DNA from: Octopus vulgaris
Lineage: Eukaryota
Direction: 5' to 3'
Assembly: GCA_951406725.2 (NCBI GenBank)
Contig: OX597814.1
Coordinates: 21,762,001-21,826,000 of the forward strand
Length of the DNA stretch: 64,000 nucleotides
Part shown: piece after piece, positions 1-12,112 of the stretch
How positions within the stretch are numbered: position 1 is the stretch's first letter
Layout of the letters: every line of letters starts with the position of its first letter
Notes under the pieces: model-generated
Database searches by the model: none
Told to the model about the DNA's origin: nothing
The model's input: the letters and a program-made list of their open reading frames with translations, nothing else
Position numbers and translations under genes: made by a program

Positions 1-705
1 GCAGTGTTTCTACGGCTGAATGCCCTTCCTAACGCCAACCACTCCGTGAGTGTAGTGGGTGCTTTTTACGTGCCACCCGCACAGGTGCCAGACAGAGCTG
101 GCAAACGGCCACGAACGGATGGTGCTTTTACGTGTCACCGGTACGGGGCCAGTCGAGGCTGGCAACGGACACGACGGATGGTGCTTTTACGTGCCACCAA
201 CACGGGGGCCAGACAGAGCTGGCAAACGGCCACGAACGGATGTTGCTTTTACGTGTCACCGGTACGGGGCCAGGCGAGGCTGGCAACGGACACGAGCGGA
301 TGGTGCTTTTACGTGCCACCAACACGGGGGCCAGACAGAGCTGGCAAACGGCCACGAAACGGATGGTGCTTTTACGTGTCCCCGGCACGGGGGCCAGGCG
401 AGGCTGGCAACGGACACGAACGGATGGTGCTTTTACATGTCACCGACATGGGGGCCAGACAGGGCTGGCAAACGGCCACAAACGGATGGTGCTTTTACGT
501 GTCACCGGCACGGGGGCCAGACAGAGCTGGCAAACGGCCACAAATGGATGGTGCTTTTACGTGTCACCGGCACGGGGGCCAGGCCAGGCTGGCAACGAAC
601 ACGAACGGATGGTGCTTTTACGTGCCACCGACACGGGGGCCAGACAGGGCTGGCAAACGGCTACGAACAGATGGTGCTTTTACGTGTCATCTGCATGGGG
701 GCCCT
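1..705 (-). mobile_element. RTE-tailed SINE-like element (runs off window start) with internal ~61-bp tandem array
   Basis: 1-60 matches copies at 3255, 21505 and 49730 (TGCCCTTCCTAACGCCAACCACTCCGTGAGTGTAGTGGGTGC), followed by ~10.5 units starting GGTGCTTTTACGTG(T/C)CACC. Confidence 0.8.
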
Positions 706-736
706 GATGTTGATCGACCTCAATTTGGTTTGATCA

Positions 737-1070
737 TACATATATAATTATACATATATGTATATATCTATATATATATACATATATGTATATATCTATA
801 TATATATATATCTATAGATATATAGATATATATATACATACATATAGATATATACATACATATAGATATATACATATATACATACATATATATATACATA
901 TATACATACATATATATATACATATATACATACATATATATATACATATATACATACATATATATATATACATATATACATACATATATATATATACATA
1001 TATACATATATAGATATATATATATATACATATATAGATATATATATATACATATATATATATATTATAT
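737..1070. repeat. Compound (TA)n/(TACA)/(TAGA) microsatellite
   Basis: Direct inspection; source of the YI-rich spurious ORFs. Confidence 0.95.
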
Positions 1071-1410
1071 AGAGTGCATTATTACACATAAATGCCACAC
1101 GCTAGGAGGGACTTTTAAAGTCATAACTACCAAAAATAAACAAATCATACTGAATGCAATTCTTGAAGCGAGTCATTTAAAAACAGAATTTAGTTCCAAT
1201 CACCTGTGATTTTGCAATTAACGTATTATCTACGTCTCTTGCTCTTCAGTGAAATGAATTCAAAATATATCATGAATGAATAAAACCAACATACCAGGTG
1301 GAACCAGACAGACAACCGTCGCCTCCATCGTAGCACATGAAAATGTTCACCCCTCATATATTTATGTAAATGGCGGGCTTTTTCGAATTGCATTTTGGTA
1401 AGAAACGTGC
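1071..1410 (-). mobile_element. Possible Penelope pLTR-like remnant with degenerate hammerhead motif (1200-1252)
   Basis: Minus strand TCA-CTGAAGA-GCAA..ACGTA-GATAA-TACGT..TTGC-AAAA-TCACA-GGTGA; flanked by (TA)n on both sides. Confidence 0.4.
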
Positions 1411-1512
1411 ATATACATATATATATATATATATACATCTATACATATATATATATACATATATATATATATTATATATATATATACATATATACATACA
1501 TATATATATATA

Positions 1513-1812
1513 TCACCGTGACCGACCAGGCTATCAGATGTTGCTACACGTCGCTGGTCACAATGCGCTTTGCATTGTTGTAGCCTCCAAATGACGCCAC
1601 CCCGCTGGCTAAGTGAGCAGGCCAACAGAAGAAAGAGTGAGAGTAAGTTGTGGTGAAAGAGTACAGCAGGGATCGCCACCACCCCCTGCCGTATCCTCGT
1701 GGAGCTTTAAGTGTTTTCACTCAATAAACACTCACAACGCCCGATCTGGGAATTGAAACCGCGATCCTACAACCGCAAGTCTGCTGCCTTAACCACTGGG
1801 CCATTGCGCCTC

Positions 1813-1814
<2 letters not shown>
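1513..1814 (-). mobile_element. tRNA-derived SINE
   Basis: Minus-strand head GGAGGCGCAATGGCCCAGTGGTTAAGGC..GGTTTCAATTCCC (A/B boxes); head shared with the copy at 7259. Confidence 0.85.
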
Positions 1815-1888
<74 letters not shown>

Positions 1889-1974
1889 TATACATATGCA
1901 TTTTTTTTTTTTTGAGTTTTAGGTCAGAGCTGTGGCCATGCTGGAGCACCGTCATTTTGCTTCACTATTATTAC

Positions 1975-2865
1975 TCAGAGCCTCCTCTAACATGTGGCAC
2001 TTGGTGTAGAATGAAGTTTGATGTAGCTACCCTCATGTGCACCTCTTCCTGTGAGGCAGGTTCTGAACAGTTGGGACTCTCAACAGTTAAGATGTCCAGC
2101 TTTGATTTTAAAACAACTACATCTACTTTGAGCAGGTTTCTCAGGCTGTTTGGGGGAATATTAAAAAGCTGCAGGTCCCTGAAACCCAGGTTGTTGCAGT
2201 AACTGGTCCTGAAGCATGATAGCATTGCTGCGATATTTGGCACTGTGCATTGTCGACCCGCTCTGGCATTGGTTTAGCTTTCAATGCCAAATTTTGGAAC
2301 AATTCCTTCCAGGATCTTGCAGATGTATATTTCTACATACCTTTCCTGCCTTCACTCCAGGGAGTAGAGTCTTAGCTGTTTCAGCCTTTCTCAGTAGCTG
2401 AGCTGTTGTAAAGAGACGATTTCTTTGTGAAGCTTCGCTGGATTGCTTCAAGGTCCACTGTTAATTTTATACTGTTGGATGGCCATAGCTGAGAGCAGTA
2501 AGCCAGGCGGCTGAGGACGAATGTCCTCAAGAGGACCATCATGGTTTCTTTATCTCTGGTTCTGAAAGTTCTTAGGATCCAGCCAGCCAACTGTCTGCAG
2601 TTTGTGGCCATCCTGGTTATGTGCATTTGGAAAGAGGTATCATCACGCATGTCGATATCCATGTCCCTCACTGATTTAGGCTCTGGGATTGTATTTCCCT
2701 GTGGACCAATGTACCTTGTAAGTTTCATATTCAGTTTTGGACACAGGTAGCAGAAGGCTTGGAATTTTTCAGCATTAAACTGCATATTATTATCCTCAAC
2801 CCATCTGTAAATTAAGTCCAAATCTTGCTGCAGGTGTGCAATATTGCTGAGGTTCTGAATTCCTA
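1975..2865 (-). mobile_element. Decayed CR1/L2-group LINE, RT C-terminal part
   Basis: ORF 2381-2953 LQQDLDLIYRWVEDNNMQFNAEKFQ..LAYCSQLW; ORF 1971-2243 FRDLQLFNIPPNSLRNL..LKSKLD; frameshifted. Confidence 0.85.
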
Positions 2866-2868
2866 TGT

Positions 2869-3130
2869 AGGTGTCACGTAAAAAACACCATTTGAGCGTG
2901 GCCGTTGCCAGTACCGTCTGACTGGACCTCATGCCGGTGGCACATAAAAGCACCCACTACACTGTCGGAGTGGTTGGCATTAGGAAAGGCATCCAACTGT
3001 AGAAACTCTGCCAGATCAAGATTGGAGCCTGGTGCAGCCATCTGGTTTGCCAGTCCTCAGTCAAATCGTCCAACCCATGCTAGTATGGAAAGCGGACGTT
3101 AAATGATGATGATGATGATGATGATGATAT
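2869..3130 (+). mobile_element. RTE-tailed SINE-like element with (GAT)n tail
   Basis: GGTGGCACATAAAAGCACC..GGTTGGCATTAGGAAAGGCATCC..GGACGTTAAATGATGATG; many copies in window. Confidence 0.85.
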
Positions 3131-3205
3131 GTACATATATTTACATATGTATATATTTATGTACATATATATACATATATATGTACATATATATATACAC
3201 ATATG

Positions 3206-3251
<46 letters not shown>

Positions 3252-3254
3252 TAC

Positions 3255-3495
3255 ATCATCATCATCATCATTGTTTAACGGCCGTTTTCCATGTTACCAT
3301 GGGTTAGACGGTTCAACTGGGGTCTGGGAAGCCAGGAAGCTGCACCTTGCTCCAGTCTGATCTGGCAGTGTTTCTACAGCTGGATGCCCTTCCTAACGCC
3401 AACCACTCCGTGAGTGTAGTGGGTGCTTTTTACGTGCCAGGGGAAGCTGGCAGCGGCCACAATCGGTTGGTGCTTTTTACATGCTACTGGCACAT
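3255..3495 (-). mobile_element. RTE-tailed SINE-like element
   Basis: Reverse-complement copy of the 2869-3130 family with (CAT)n. Confidence 0.85.
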
Positions 3496-3768
3496 ACGTA
3501 TATATATATATATAATATATATATATATATGTATATATTTAACTTTATAATACTTTTTGATAGTTATATATATTTAAAAAAAAATTTTTTTTTTAAATTT
3601 ATAAATATAAATGTAAATTAATAATTTTAAATTTAAATAATTTAAATTTTAAATTTTATATCTTATATATTTTGTAAATTATATTAATTATTTTTATTTT
3701 TATGTTTTGGTTTATGTTTTTCACTATTTGATTTGCCTAATAGTGGTTTTATCTCTAATTTAATTTAA

Positions 3769-3805
<37 letters not shown>

Positions 3806-3879
3806 CTTTGATAAGTTTCAGCTAGTATAGGCCCAGACCATGTCTAACTTAATAGCACCACCTTGTGAAGTCTTTTAAT

Positions 3880-4895
3880 CATATATGGGGCCACCTACAA
3901 TGACACACAAATAGTGAGCTGTGTTCCACAAGGCACTGTTCTGGGACCACTACTGTTCATAAAGACCCTCTCACATATGCTCTCAGCCACTCCGAGATCC
4001 ATGATCACAAGTTATGCAGATGATACAAAAGTCTTCCTGGTGATACAGAACCCTGAAGATGCTATGTACCTGCTGTGTGAACTGGATGAAATATACAAGT
4101 GGGTTGAAAAGAATAGCATGCAGTTTAATGCTGAAAAGTTTCAAACCTTGTACTATCAGCATGCAAAACTAAATGCAATACCCATTAAATACACAGGACC
4201 TGGAGGGATTGCAATCCCAGACACACAACCAGTGCAAGACCTGGGCATTTACTTGATTGATGATGCATCCTTCCATGTGCATGTTGCTAAGTTGGCAATG
4301 AAATGCAGGCGGCTGATCAGATGAATTCTTAGAATTCTTAGATGGCCCTCTTGAGAACACTTATTCTAAGCCACTTTGACTATTGCTCTCAGCTATGGTC
4401 ACCAACCAATGTCAGATTAATTGCAGAACTTGAGTTAATCTAATGAAGCTACACAAAGAAGATAGCTTCTATGCAGCATATAAGCTACTGGGAAAGGCTC
4501 AAGAGATTGACTCTATTCCTTAGCATGCAGGCATGAAAAATATGCCATAATATACATCTGGAAGATCCTGGAGGGACTTGTCCCAAACTTTGGCATTGAG
4601 AGTTACACTAATACTAGAACAGGGTGCCACTGCAGAGTGCCAAGGATTCTATATTAGCCCTCAAGATATAAAAGATACTCAACAACCTGGGCTTCAGGGG
4701 ACCACATCATTTCAATATCCTCCTGAAGGACCTGAAAGACCTGCATGGGATTGATGTAGGTGTTTTCAAAACAAAACTGGACTTCTTACTGTCAAGAGTC
4801 CCAGATGAGCCAACTTCACAGCATGAAGTGCAGATGAGGGCAGCAGCATCAAATTCTCTCATGCACCAAATGTCAATTTCTAAAAAGAATTAGTG
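3880..4895 (+). mobile_element. Decayed CR1/L2-group LINE reverse transcriptase fragment
   Basis: ORF 3914-4324 VPQGTVLGPLLF..YADDT..MQFNAEKFQ..DLGI; continues downstream through stops (DYCSQLW, YAIIYIWKILEGLVPN). Confidence 0.9.
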
Positions 4896-5837
4896 AAGCA
4901 AAATTATGTAGCAACACCAAATGGCGGTGCTTCCACATAAACACAGCTCATGAGCTGAAACTAGATCAAATCACATCAAATCATATGTACATATATATAC
5001 ATATGTACATGTATATACGTACATATATACATATGTACAAATATGTTTGTACATATATATACATATGTACATATAATATATACATATGTGCATATATATG
5101 TGTACATATATATACATATGTACATATATATGTATATACAATCATCATCATCATTGTTTAACATCTGCTTTCCATGCTGGCATGGATTGCACAGTTTGAC
5201 TGAGGTTTGGCAAACCAGGCTCCACTCCAAACTGGCACAGTTTCTACAGCTGGATGCCCTGCCTAACATCAACCATATATGTATATATATTTATACACAT
5301 GACTCGGGCTCAGAAGTTACAGCCCGAGTTGTTATCTATAATCATAAAAATTGAAAGTAATTCAAATTCAAGGGTTTCTTGAAACAGAAAGTTTTTATAG
5401 AGATTAGGATTTAAATTCCAATCTATGAAAAGTTTCCGTTCTACGATATTCTTAAAGGAATGAAAAATTATCCAGCAACTTGGGCTAATACAAACAAGCC
5501 TGGAAGGTGTAAAAGACTAGGCTAGCATCTCTTGTCAAGAGTACGGATGACATCCAGATTGCTGATGTTTGTTGTGCACTCTGCTGTCATTATTTGATTG
5601 CTGTTATTCTCTGCATCTATATGTAAAGATCAGTTATGTTTTGCAGGTTTGCTTTATTATTACCCTTGACTTAGAAATGGATAAAGGCATAATGCTAGTT
5701 ATAAAAAATAAGCCATTTGGGGGTAGAAATATTGCGGGAAACATGAAATCCTTCGAGCAGGCATGTGTTTTATGCAAAATCTGTGATGAGCATGAGTGAT
5801 GAAATATGTGATGAGCCCAAGTGGTGCTGATGACCTG

Positions 5838-6228
5838 GTGTTGTGTGGTAAGCGGCTTGCTTACCAACCACATGGTTCTGGGTTCAGTGCCACTGTGTGG
5901 CACCTTGAGCGAGTGTCTTCTACTATAGCCTTGGGCCGACCAAAGCCTTGTGAGTGGATTTGATAGACAGAAACTGAAAGAAGCCCATCGTATACATATA
6001 TGTATGTGTGTGTATATGTTTGTGTGTCTGTGTTTGTCCCCACAACATTGCTTGACAACCAATGCTGGTGTACTTACATCCCCGTAACTTAGCAGTTCAG
6101 CAAAAGAGACTGATAGAATAAGTACTAAGCTTACAAAGAATAAATCCTGGGGTCGATTTGCTCAACTAAAGATGGTGCTCCAGCATGGCTGTAGTCAAAT
6201 GACTGAAACAAGTAAAAGAATAAAAGAA
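5838..6228 (+). mobile_element. CORE-domain-like tRNA SINE
   Basis: GGTTCAGTGCCACTGTGTGGCACCTTGAGCGAGTG; tail GACTGAAACAAGTAAAAG; same family as 18036 and 29328. Confidence 0.85.
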
Positions 6229-6231
6229 TAT

Positions 6232-6293
<62 letters not shown>

Positions 6294-7258
6294 GTAGTGG
6301 AATATGAAATAGAAAATCCTTGATACATTATCATATATTTGAAAAAATGAATAGAAATGACTTTTCTGGTAATTTTTCCACTTTACTAATTAGATGTTTA
6401 TAAGTTTACAAAAGATGTAAAGTATAATTATGGATGTGGAAAAATTATCAGAAATATGTATATATATATATCATCATCATCATCATTTAACATCCATTTT
6501 CCATGCTAGCAAGAGTTGGACGGTTTGACCGGGGTCTGGGAGGCCAGGAGGCTGCACCAGGGACCAGAGTGTGTATATGTATGTATATATATGTGTATAA
6601 ATATATGTATATATATATGCATAAATATATGTATATATATATGTGCATATACATGTATATAGTATATGTGTGTATGTATGTATATATATATATATATATA
6701 TATATGACATGTGACAGACTTGGTGTTTGTAGCTGACAGTGCTTAAAACAGAGAAATGCATATGTCCAATGATCCAATGATGTCATTCACAGTCCACTAC
6801 ATGTTTTCAAAAATGTCTTCTAGGAAGAAATGTTTCTTCTAGGACTATTTTCACAGCTACATGTCAACTTACATCTTAATGCACTCAAAAGGATTAAATT
6901 TGATATTACATGAATTTATATATATTCATATATATTTAGATATGAAAATAAATCAGGTGCCTTTACAAATAGTATCTTTTCTTTACCTTGTCTATGAAAG
7001 CATGTGTTGACTTTTTATTGTTTTAAGGGAAACAAATAAGGGTTGGTGACAGATAGGGCATCCAAGTGGAGAAAATTCAACCTTAATGAAGGCTGGGACA
7101 TACAAAGATGGAAAGTAAATGTTGAAATGAGGATGAAAATGATGATGAATATAAATGTGTGTTTGTGTGTGTGTAAATGGTAATGATGTATGTATGTATT
7201 ACACTATTAGAAGAGTGATGGTAGTGAATTTGAGGTTTCAGCCTGCTAATATTCCTAG

Positions 7259-7551
7259 TGGAGGCGCAATGGCCCAGTGGTTAGGGCAGTGGACTCGCGG
7301 TTTTGATCTCCTGACCAGGCGTTGTGTTTATTGAGTGAAAGCACCTAAAGCCCCACAAGGCTCTGGCAGGTGGTGGTGGCGACCCCTGTTGTACTCTTTC
7401 GCCCCAACTTTCTCTCACTCTTTCTTCCTGTTTCTTGAGTAACACTGCGATAGACTAGCGTCCCATCCAGCTAGGGGGAATACATATGCCATAGAAACCG
7501 GAAAACCGGGCCCATGAACCTGGCTAAGCTTGCAAAAGGGCGCATAAAAAA
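7259..7551 (+). mobile_element. tRNA-derived SINE with V-domain-like body
   Basis: Same head as 1513 copy; CTGCGATAGACTAGCGTCCCATCCAG..AGAAACCGG resembles the V-SINE domain; flanking AATATTCCTA/AATATGCCTA candidate TSD. Confidence 0.75.
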
Positions 7552-8068
7552 ATATGCCTACTGACCTATCTAAAGACTCCATACTTCTTATATGTACTCT
7601 TATGCATTTGTCCAAAACAATCATCTGGCATCTCTTAAGAACTTGTTCAGTTCCCTAAATTTTGATAATGTAACAAAATGTAGTGCTCAAATGTATGAGA
7701 AGCTAAATAGCAGAGTGTGTAGTGGCAGCACCTAAAGGAGTAATAGCTATACCTTTATGATGACAGATTTTAACAAACAATAGACAGATCAGAAATGTAT
7801 TTCCAGTTTCAGCAGAAACTTCAAGGAAGTAAATTCCAGCCTCTTGTTGCTGAATAGACTGCTTTCTTGTCTACAGTGCATTTGAGTTCATTATTATTGA
7901 TGTTGTTGTTAATGTGTGAACATTGTATGGTGTTTTTCTCAGAATTTTTGTTGAAAGATTATTCTAGCTAAGTTGAAGGAGGCCATAAGTTTGAGGTTCT
8001 TGGCCATTTACATGCTTCAGCGTGTTCTCAATGTTAATGAGGGCCACACTGTAGATTACATCTATGGA

Positions 8069-8299
8069 AAGCGGCAAGCTGGGTGAAACGTTAGCACGCC
8101 GGGTGAAATGCATAGCCGTATTTCGTTTGCCGTTACATTCCGAGTTCAAATTCTGCCGAGGTCGACTTTGCCTTTCATCCTTTTGGGGTCGATAAATTAA
8201 GTACCAGTTACGCACTGGGGTCGATGTAATCAACTTAATCCGTTTGTCTATCCTTGTTTGTCCCCTCTGTGTTTAGCCCCTTGTGAGTAATAAAGAAAC
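8069..8299 (+). mobile_element. Meta-domain-like tRNA SINE with ~16-bp TSD
   Basis: B box GAGTTCAAATTC; GCCTTTCATCCTTTTGGGGTCGATAAATTAAGTACCAG; TSD AGATTACATCTATGGA (8053) / AGATTACATCCACGGA (8300). Confidence 0.9.
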
Positions 8300-9643
8300 A
8301 GATTACATCCACGGAGTATTTCTGTTGATTTTAATGACAAATTCCTTGAGATTACTACATAGATGAAGAACTTGCTTTAAAGAATATCAGAAACCTCTGC
8401 AGATTTGAGGAATCAGTTTGATTGGAGTGATAACTATTTGTTAACCAGATCAATATGTGGCAATCCCCCGCTTTTCTTTTTTTTTTTTTTTTCAGTATTA
8501 AAAATACATTTCACCTTACCATTTCAAATATTTGGCACTTAGTAATCAAATCCGTTATCTTATTCAGTTTTAAGCAGAAAACTCTGCATACCAACAAGTG
8601 TATATTTGCCCTGGGGAAATCACTTCTTGAATTTCTTAGCAATTAGAGTCACAGGTAAAAGTAATGGAGATTCCTGATTGGTCAAAATGACAAAAGCATG
8701 TCATTACTTCCAGTATTCATTCATGCATGTATCAAGGACTGCTAGAAAAACTTAAATGAAGAAAGCATATCTGACCAAGCTCTCTTCCAGCTACATCATT
8801 ATTGATTACATCCTATAAATGCATTTATGTCTACTCTCAGCTATTTTGATGAGTTGTAATGCAGCACAATCTTTCCAGTTGCTTCTGAGCAAGCATGTCC
8901 ACTACATACTGATAGAAGAGAGATTAACTTCAGTACAGGTGGTTGAATATCTCAAGCCATGAAATTTTGGGCTCAGAAGAGGAGAAAATAAAAAAAGAGA
9001 GAGAAAACGAAACAGATGATAATAGAGGGAATATGAGAGATTGGTCAAAGAAAAAGAACGGAAGCAACAAAAGGCAACAAGAAGTAAAATACAAGGATTC
9101 AGCACTGTGGTAGCAGCAAATATGAGGCAATAAAAAAGAGGGGGAAGAAAATTACTGCTACCACCATCACAAACTAACTAGAATTGTTAAGTGTATATAC
9201 TGTAGCAAGTGAGATTTTTGACGTTTTTGACAGAAACCTTCCTCAAGATGGAAATATGAAAAAGGAAAAAAATTGAAGATTTTCATTATCAGAGTAACAG
9301 ACAACAACTAGTAGAGAATGCAAAACAATACGAGCGCGCATATGTAAACAGGAAGTAATGTATGCGAGAGAAAGAATGTATGTATGTACGTGTGTACGTA
9401 CGTATATATGTGCGCGTGTGCTTGTATATTTATGTATGCATGTATATGTGTAATTTTATATCCATGAGGTTTTATATTGATATATATATACAATACATAT
9501 TTGTGAGTGTATATGTATGTATATAAAATGTCCGCCTTATGTTTATGATATACATACACGTAAGTTAGATCTGTATAATGTGTATAATGAAAAAATGTAC
9601 TTGCCTAGAGAGAGAGAGGGGGGGGACAGACAGACAGAAAGCA

Positions 9644-9740
9644 GTGTGACCGGAGATAAAGAATACGCACACCACCCGTTTTCGACGGTTAGGGTTAGGC
9701 CGAAAACGGGTAGTGTTCACATTCTTTACCTTCGCCGCAG
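9644..9740. repeat. Short imperfect palindrome with TTAGGG loop
   Basis: TAAAGAAT..ACAC.ACCCGTTTTCG / CGAAAACGGGT.GTGT..ATTCTTTA around ACGGTTAGGGTTAGGC. Confidence 0.8.
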
Positions 9741-11739
9741 TGTGTACACATTTTCAAGATGTGTATGCGCACACGTAGTGTTTGTGTATGTTAAGTGGGT
9801 GCGCCAGCGTTATTTTCTATAAATTGTATCGAACTAACCTGCCTATGTCTTGCAGAAAGCTAATTTCCAGCAAATCAGTTGCGCAAGCAGGCCGAATAGA
9901 AACTATGTAATAAATAAAACTATGATTACGTAGTTATATCACAGCCTTTTCTCTCACGCACGCACAATACACACATTGTAGTTTTCCTTTCAGAAAAATT
10001 ACGTCAGCTTCCTTTGTGTGAAAGTTTTTTTATTGGTTTCTTTTTTATTTCCAATTCTTTAATAAAATGTTTTTTTTTTTTGTTTTTTGCTTGTGCGTGT
10101 TATGCTTAAAATAGTACAATAGCGAAGTCAGGATGCAATGAGGAAACACTTGAAAAAGGAAGTGGCTTCTAAATTCAAACCTCGTCCAAATCGAAAACGG
10201 TTTCCACTGTTTCTTTTATGCCTCTCACCTTCGGAAAAGGAATAAATGCCGCAATTTCCTGTTTCCTTCTTGTGTAAAAATAACTTCACTCTCCTCTCCT
10301 ATCTTATATAATTAATATATCATCACGAGCCAATTGAAAGCAAATCTTACCCTACTGTCTTAAAGGATATATCGGACAATGTTGTCACTTAAACGCAGAG
10401 AAAGACGAGATGGTCACAGATGGAACATCTTTGATCTGTGGCCTGTTTGATTAGGGGCTGCAATGTTGCTAAATAACGATATATAAACAAACCATCATTA
10501 AGCCGGCTCCGTAGCAACTTTTATTTATGTCGCTGATGTCCTTGAAAAAATATATAACATGAACGTCTCAAATTAATTTTCTAGTTTCCGAAAAGGTGGA
10601 AACAGAGAAGGGGGCCAAGAGATAATAACTAAATAGTTTGCGGGTTTTAACAAGGGGATAAATTATATTTATCAAGGCGCATTTAACAAGATTTAAGAGA
10701 TGCTTTATGTTATTGCATGCTTGCGTGTGTCACGCCATGCATGAGTTGTGAATTTAGTTATTTTATCTGTATTGTATAGGGATCTATTTTTAGCATATAT
10801 TTTCTGCTAACGATAATATATTATTAATACAATAAGGGCCAGGGGAACATTAATGTGAGTTGGCAAAGGGAATCCTTAATGAATTTTAGATACTGGTTGA
10901 AAAAGTACCAAATTGATTCATTATTTGTCTAATTATCTATTTACCTAATTTACCAATTTGTATAATTATCCTAATGATCTGTTTACCTAATTTGGCTTAA
11001 AGAGTCTATATTTTTTTCGTGAAAGACAACAAAGGGGAAAATTGTATCGTTCGCGCCGCAAGTCAATATTGATTTTGCAAGCCTATGATCAACCAGTACT
11101 CTAGCCGTAACTATCTTCTCTTTTAAGGGATCTAAGACAACATTAGCGAACGTGTACTTATTTGTTTAAGACGTTGAGAAAAGATTTCAGGGAGAGTTAG
11201 CTGCTATTTTTAAGAAGTCAAATAAACACCACCACCACCACCCCCTCACATACAGGCTCCTTTGACTTATGACATACCATGACACTATCGGAGTAATTGA
11301 CTTGAGATTCCTAGGGAGCCTACTCTCGGCTCTACTGGGGATACCTGTCACACAAATATCATTGATGCAGTAGGTTACGGAGCCTTAGTAGATGGTTTTA
11401 TTTTGTCTTGCTGTTAACGATCAAATTGAACAGCAAGATTGAGAAGGAATTTCGTTTCTTTCTTCTTTTTTTTTATCCGTTTTAATCAATATGAATCAGT
11501 GTCATTTGTTTTTTCTTTCTTCTCTCTTTCTTTTTAAAGGTTTATCTATAATAATTTCTTAGCGTAGAGCTTAATGAGATTATATTTAAGAACAGGGGCT
11601 TGCAATGTTCGTCCCTTTCGCAAGCGAATTAGCTAGTGAAGAGAAAGAAACTAATGCTACAATGATTAGGAATTCTCAAACCAGATCTTTGTCGTGGTAT
11701 TGGAATAGACGTAAAGACATAAGCGATAGTCCAGCTTAT

Positions 11740-12112
11740 ACTGCAAAAATCCGTATGTAAATCATTCTTGCAAGATTTCTTTCAAAGAGACCGATTAAAT
11801 TCGTGTCAGCGAGAGATTTGTTGCAGACGCCAGCTCTACTAATCAACCACAAACACTGGTTTCTCTGACTCATTGCAAATTTGCATGCACACGGCTCAAC
11901 TGCAATGTAATATAAGCTGTCACATAACTGTTTCAATGTTTTTCAGCCAACCAGATTGCTTAGTTTGGGGAGCATTTGGTAATTTCTTGAAGAATTCTAT
12001 GAGTTTCTTCTGAATTATAAAAGGAGATATTTGATGTTTTCATTTAGACTCTATCTTCTGCCAGCTGTTTTTATGCTTCTTGGCTTCGCTATGAAGAAAT
12101 TTTATCTCGCAC
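11740..12112 (-). mobile_element. Possible highly decayed I/Nimb-type LINE ORF1
   Basis: Minus translation has ISPFIIQKKL..KQSGWL and LKQLCD..IAVEP, reminiscent of the ORF1 SPF(L/I)I motif; many stops. Confidence 0.25.

Noticed and set aside
57-705. CRISPR-like array
   Set aside because: No unique spacers, no cas genes, eukaryotic SINE context
4-747. Long overlapping ORFs (247/224/191 aa)
   Set aside because: By-product of a stop-poor GC-rich tandem repeat; the same peptides appear in all three frames
768-1098. YI/MY-rich ORFs here and throughout the window
   Set aside because: Translations of (TA)n/(TACA)n microsatellites
7259-7325. tRNA gene
   Set aside because: SINE head with a deletion that continues into SINE body; other A/B-box hits are likewise SINE heads
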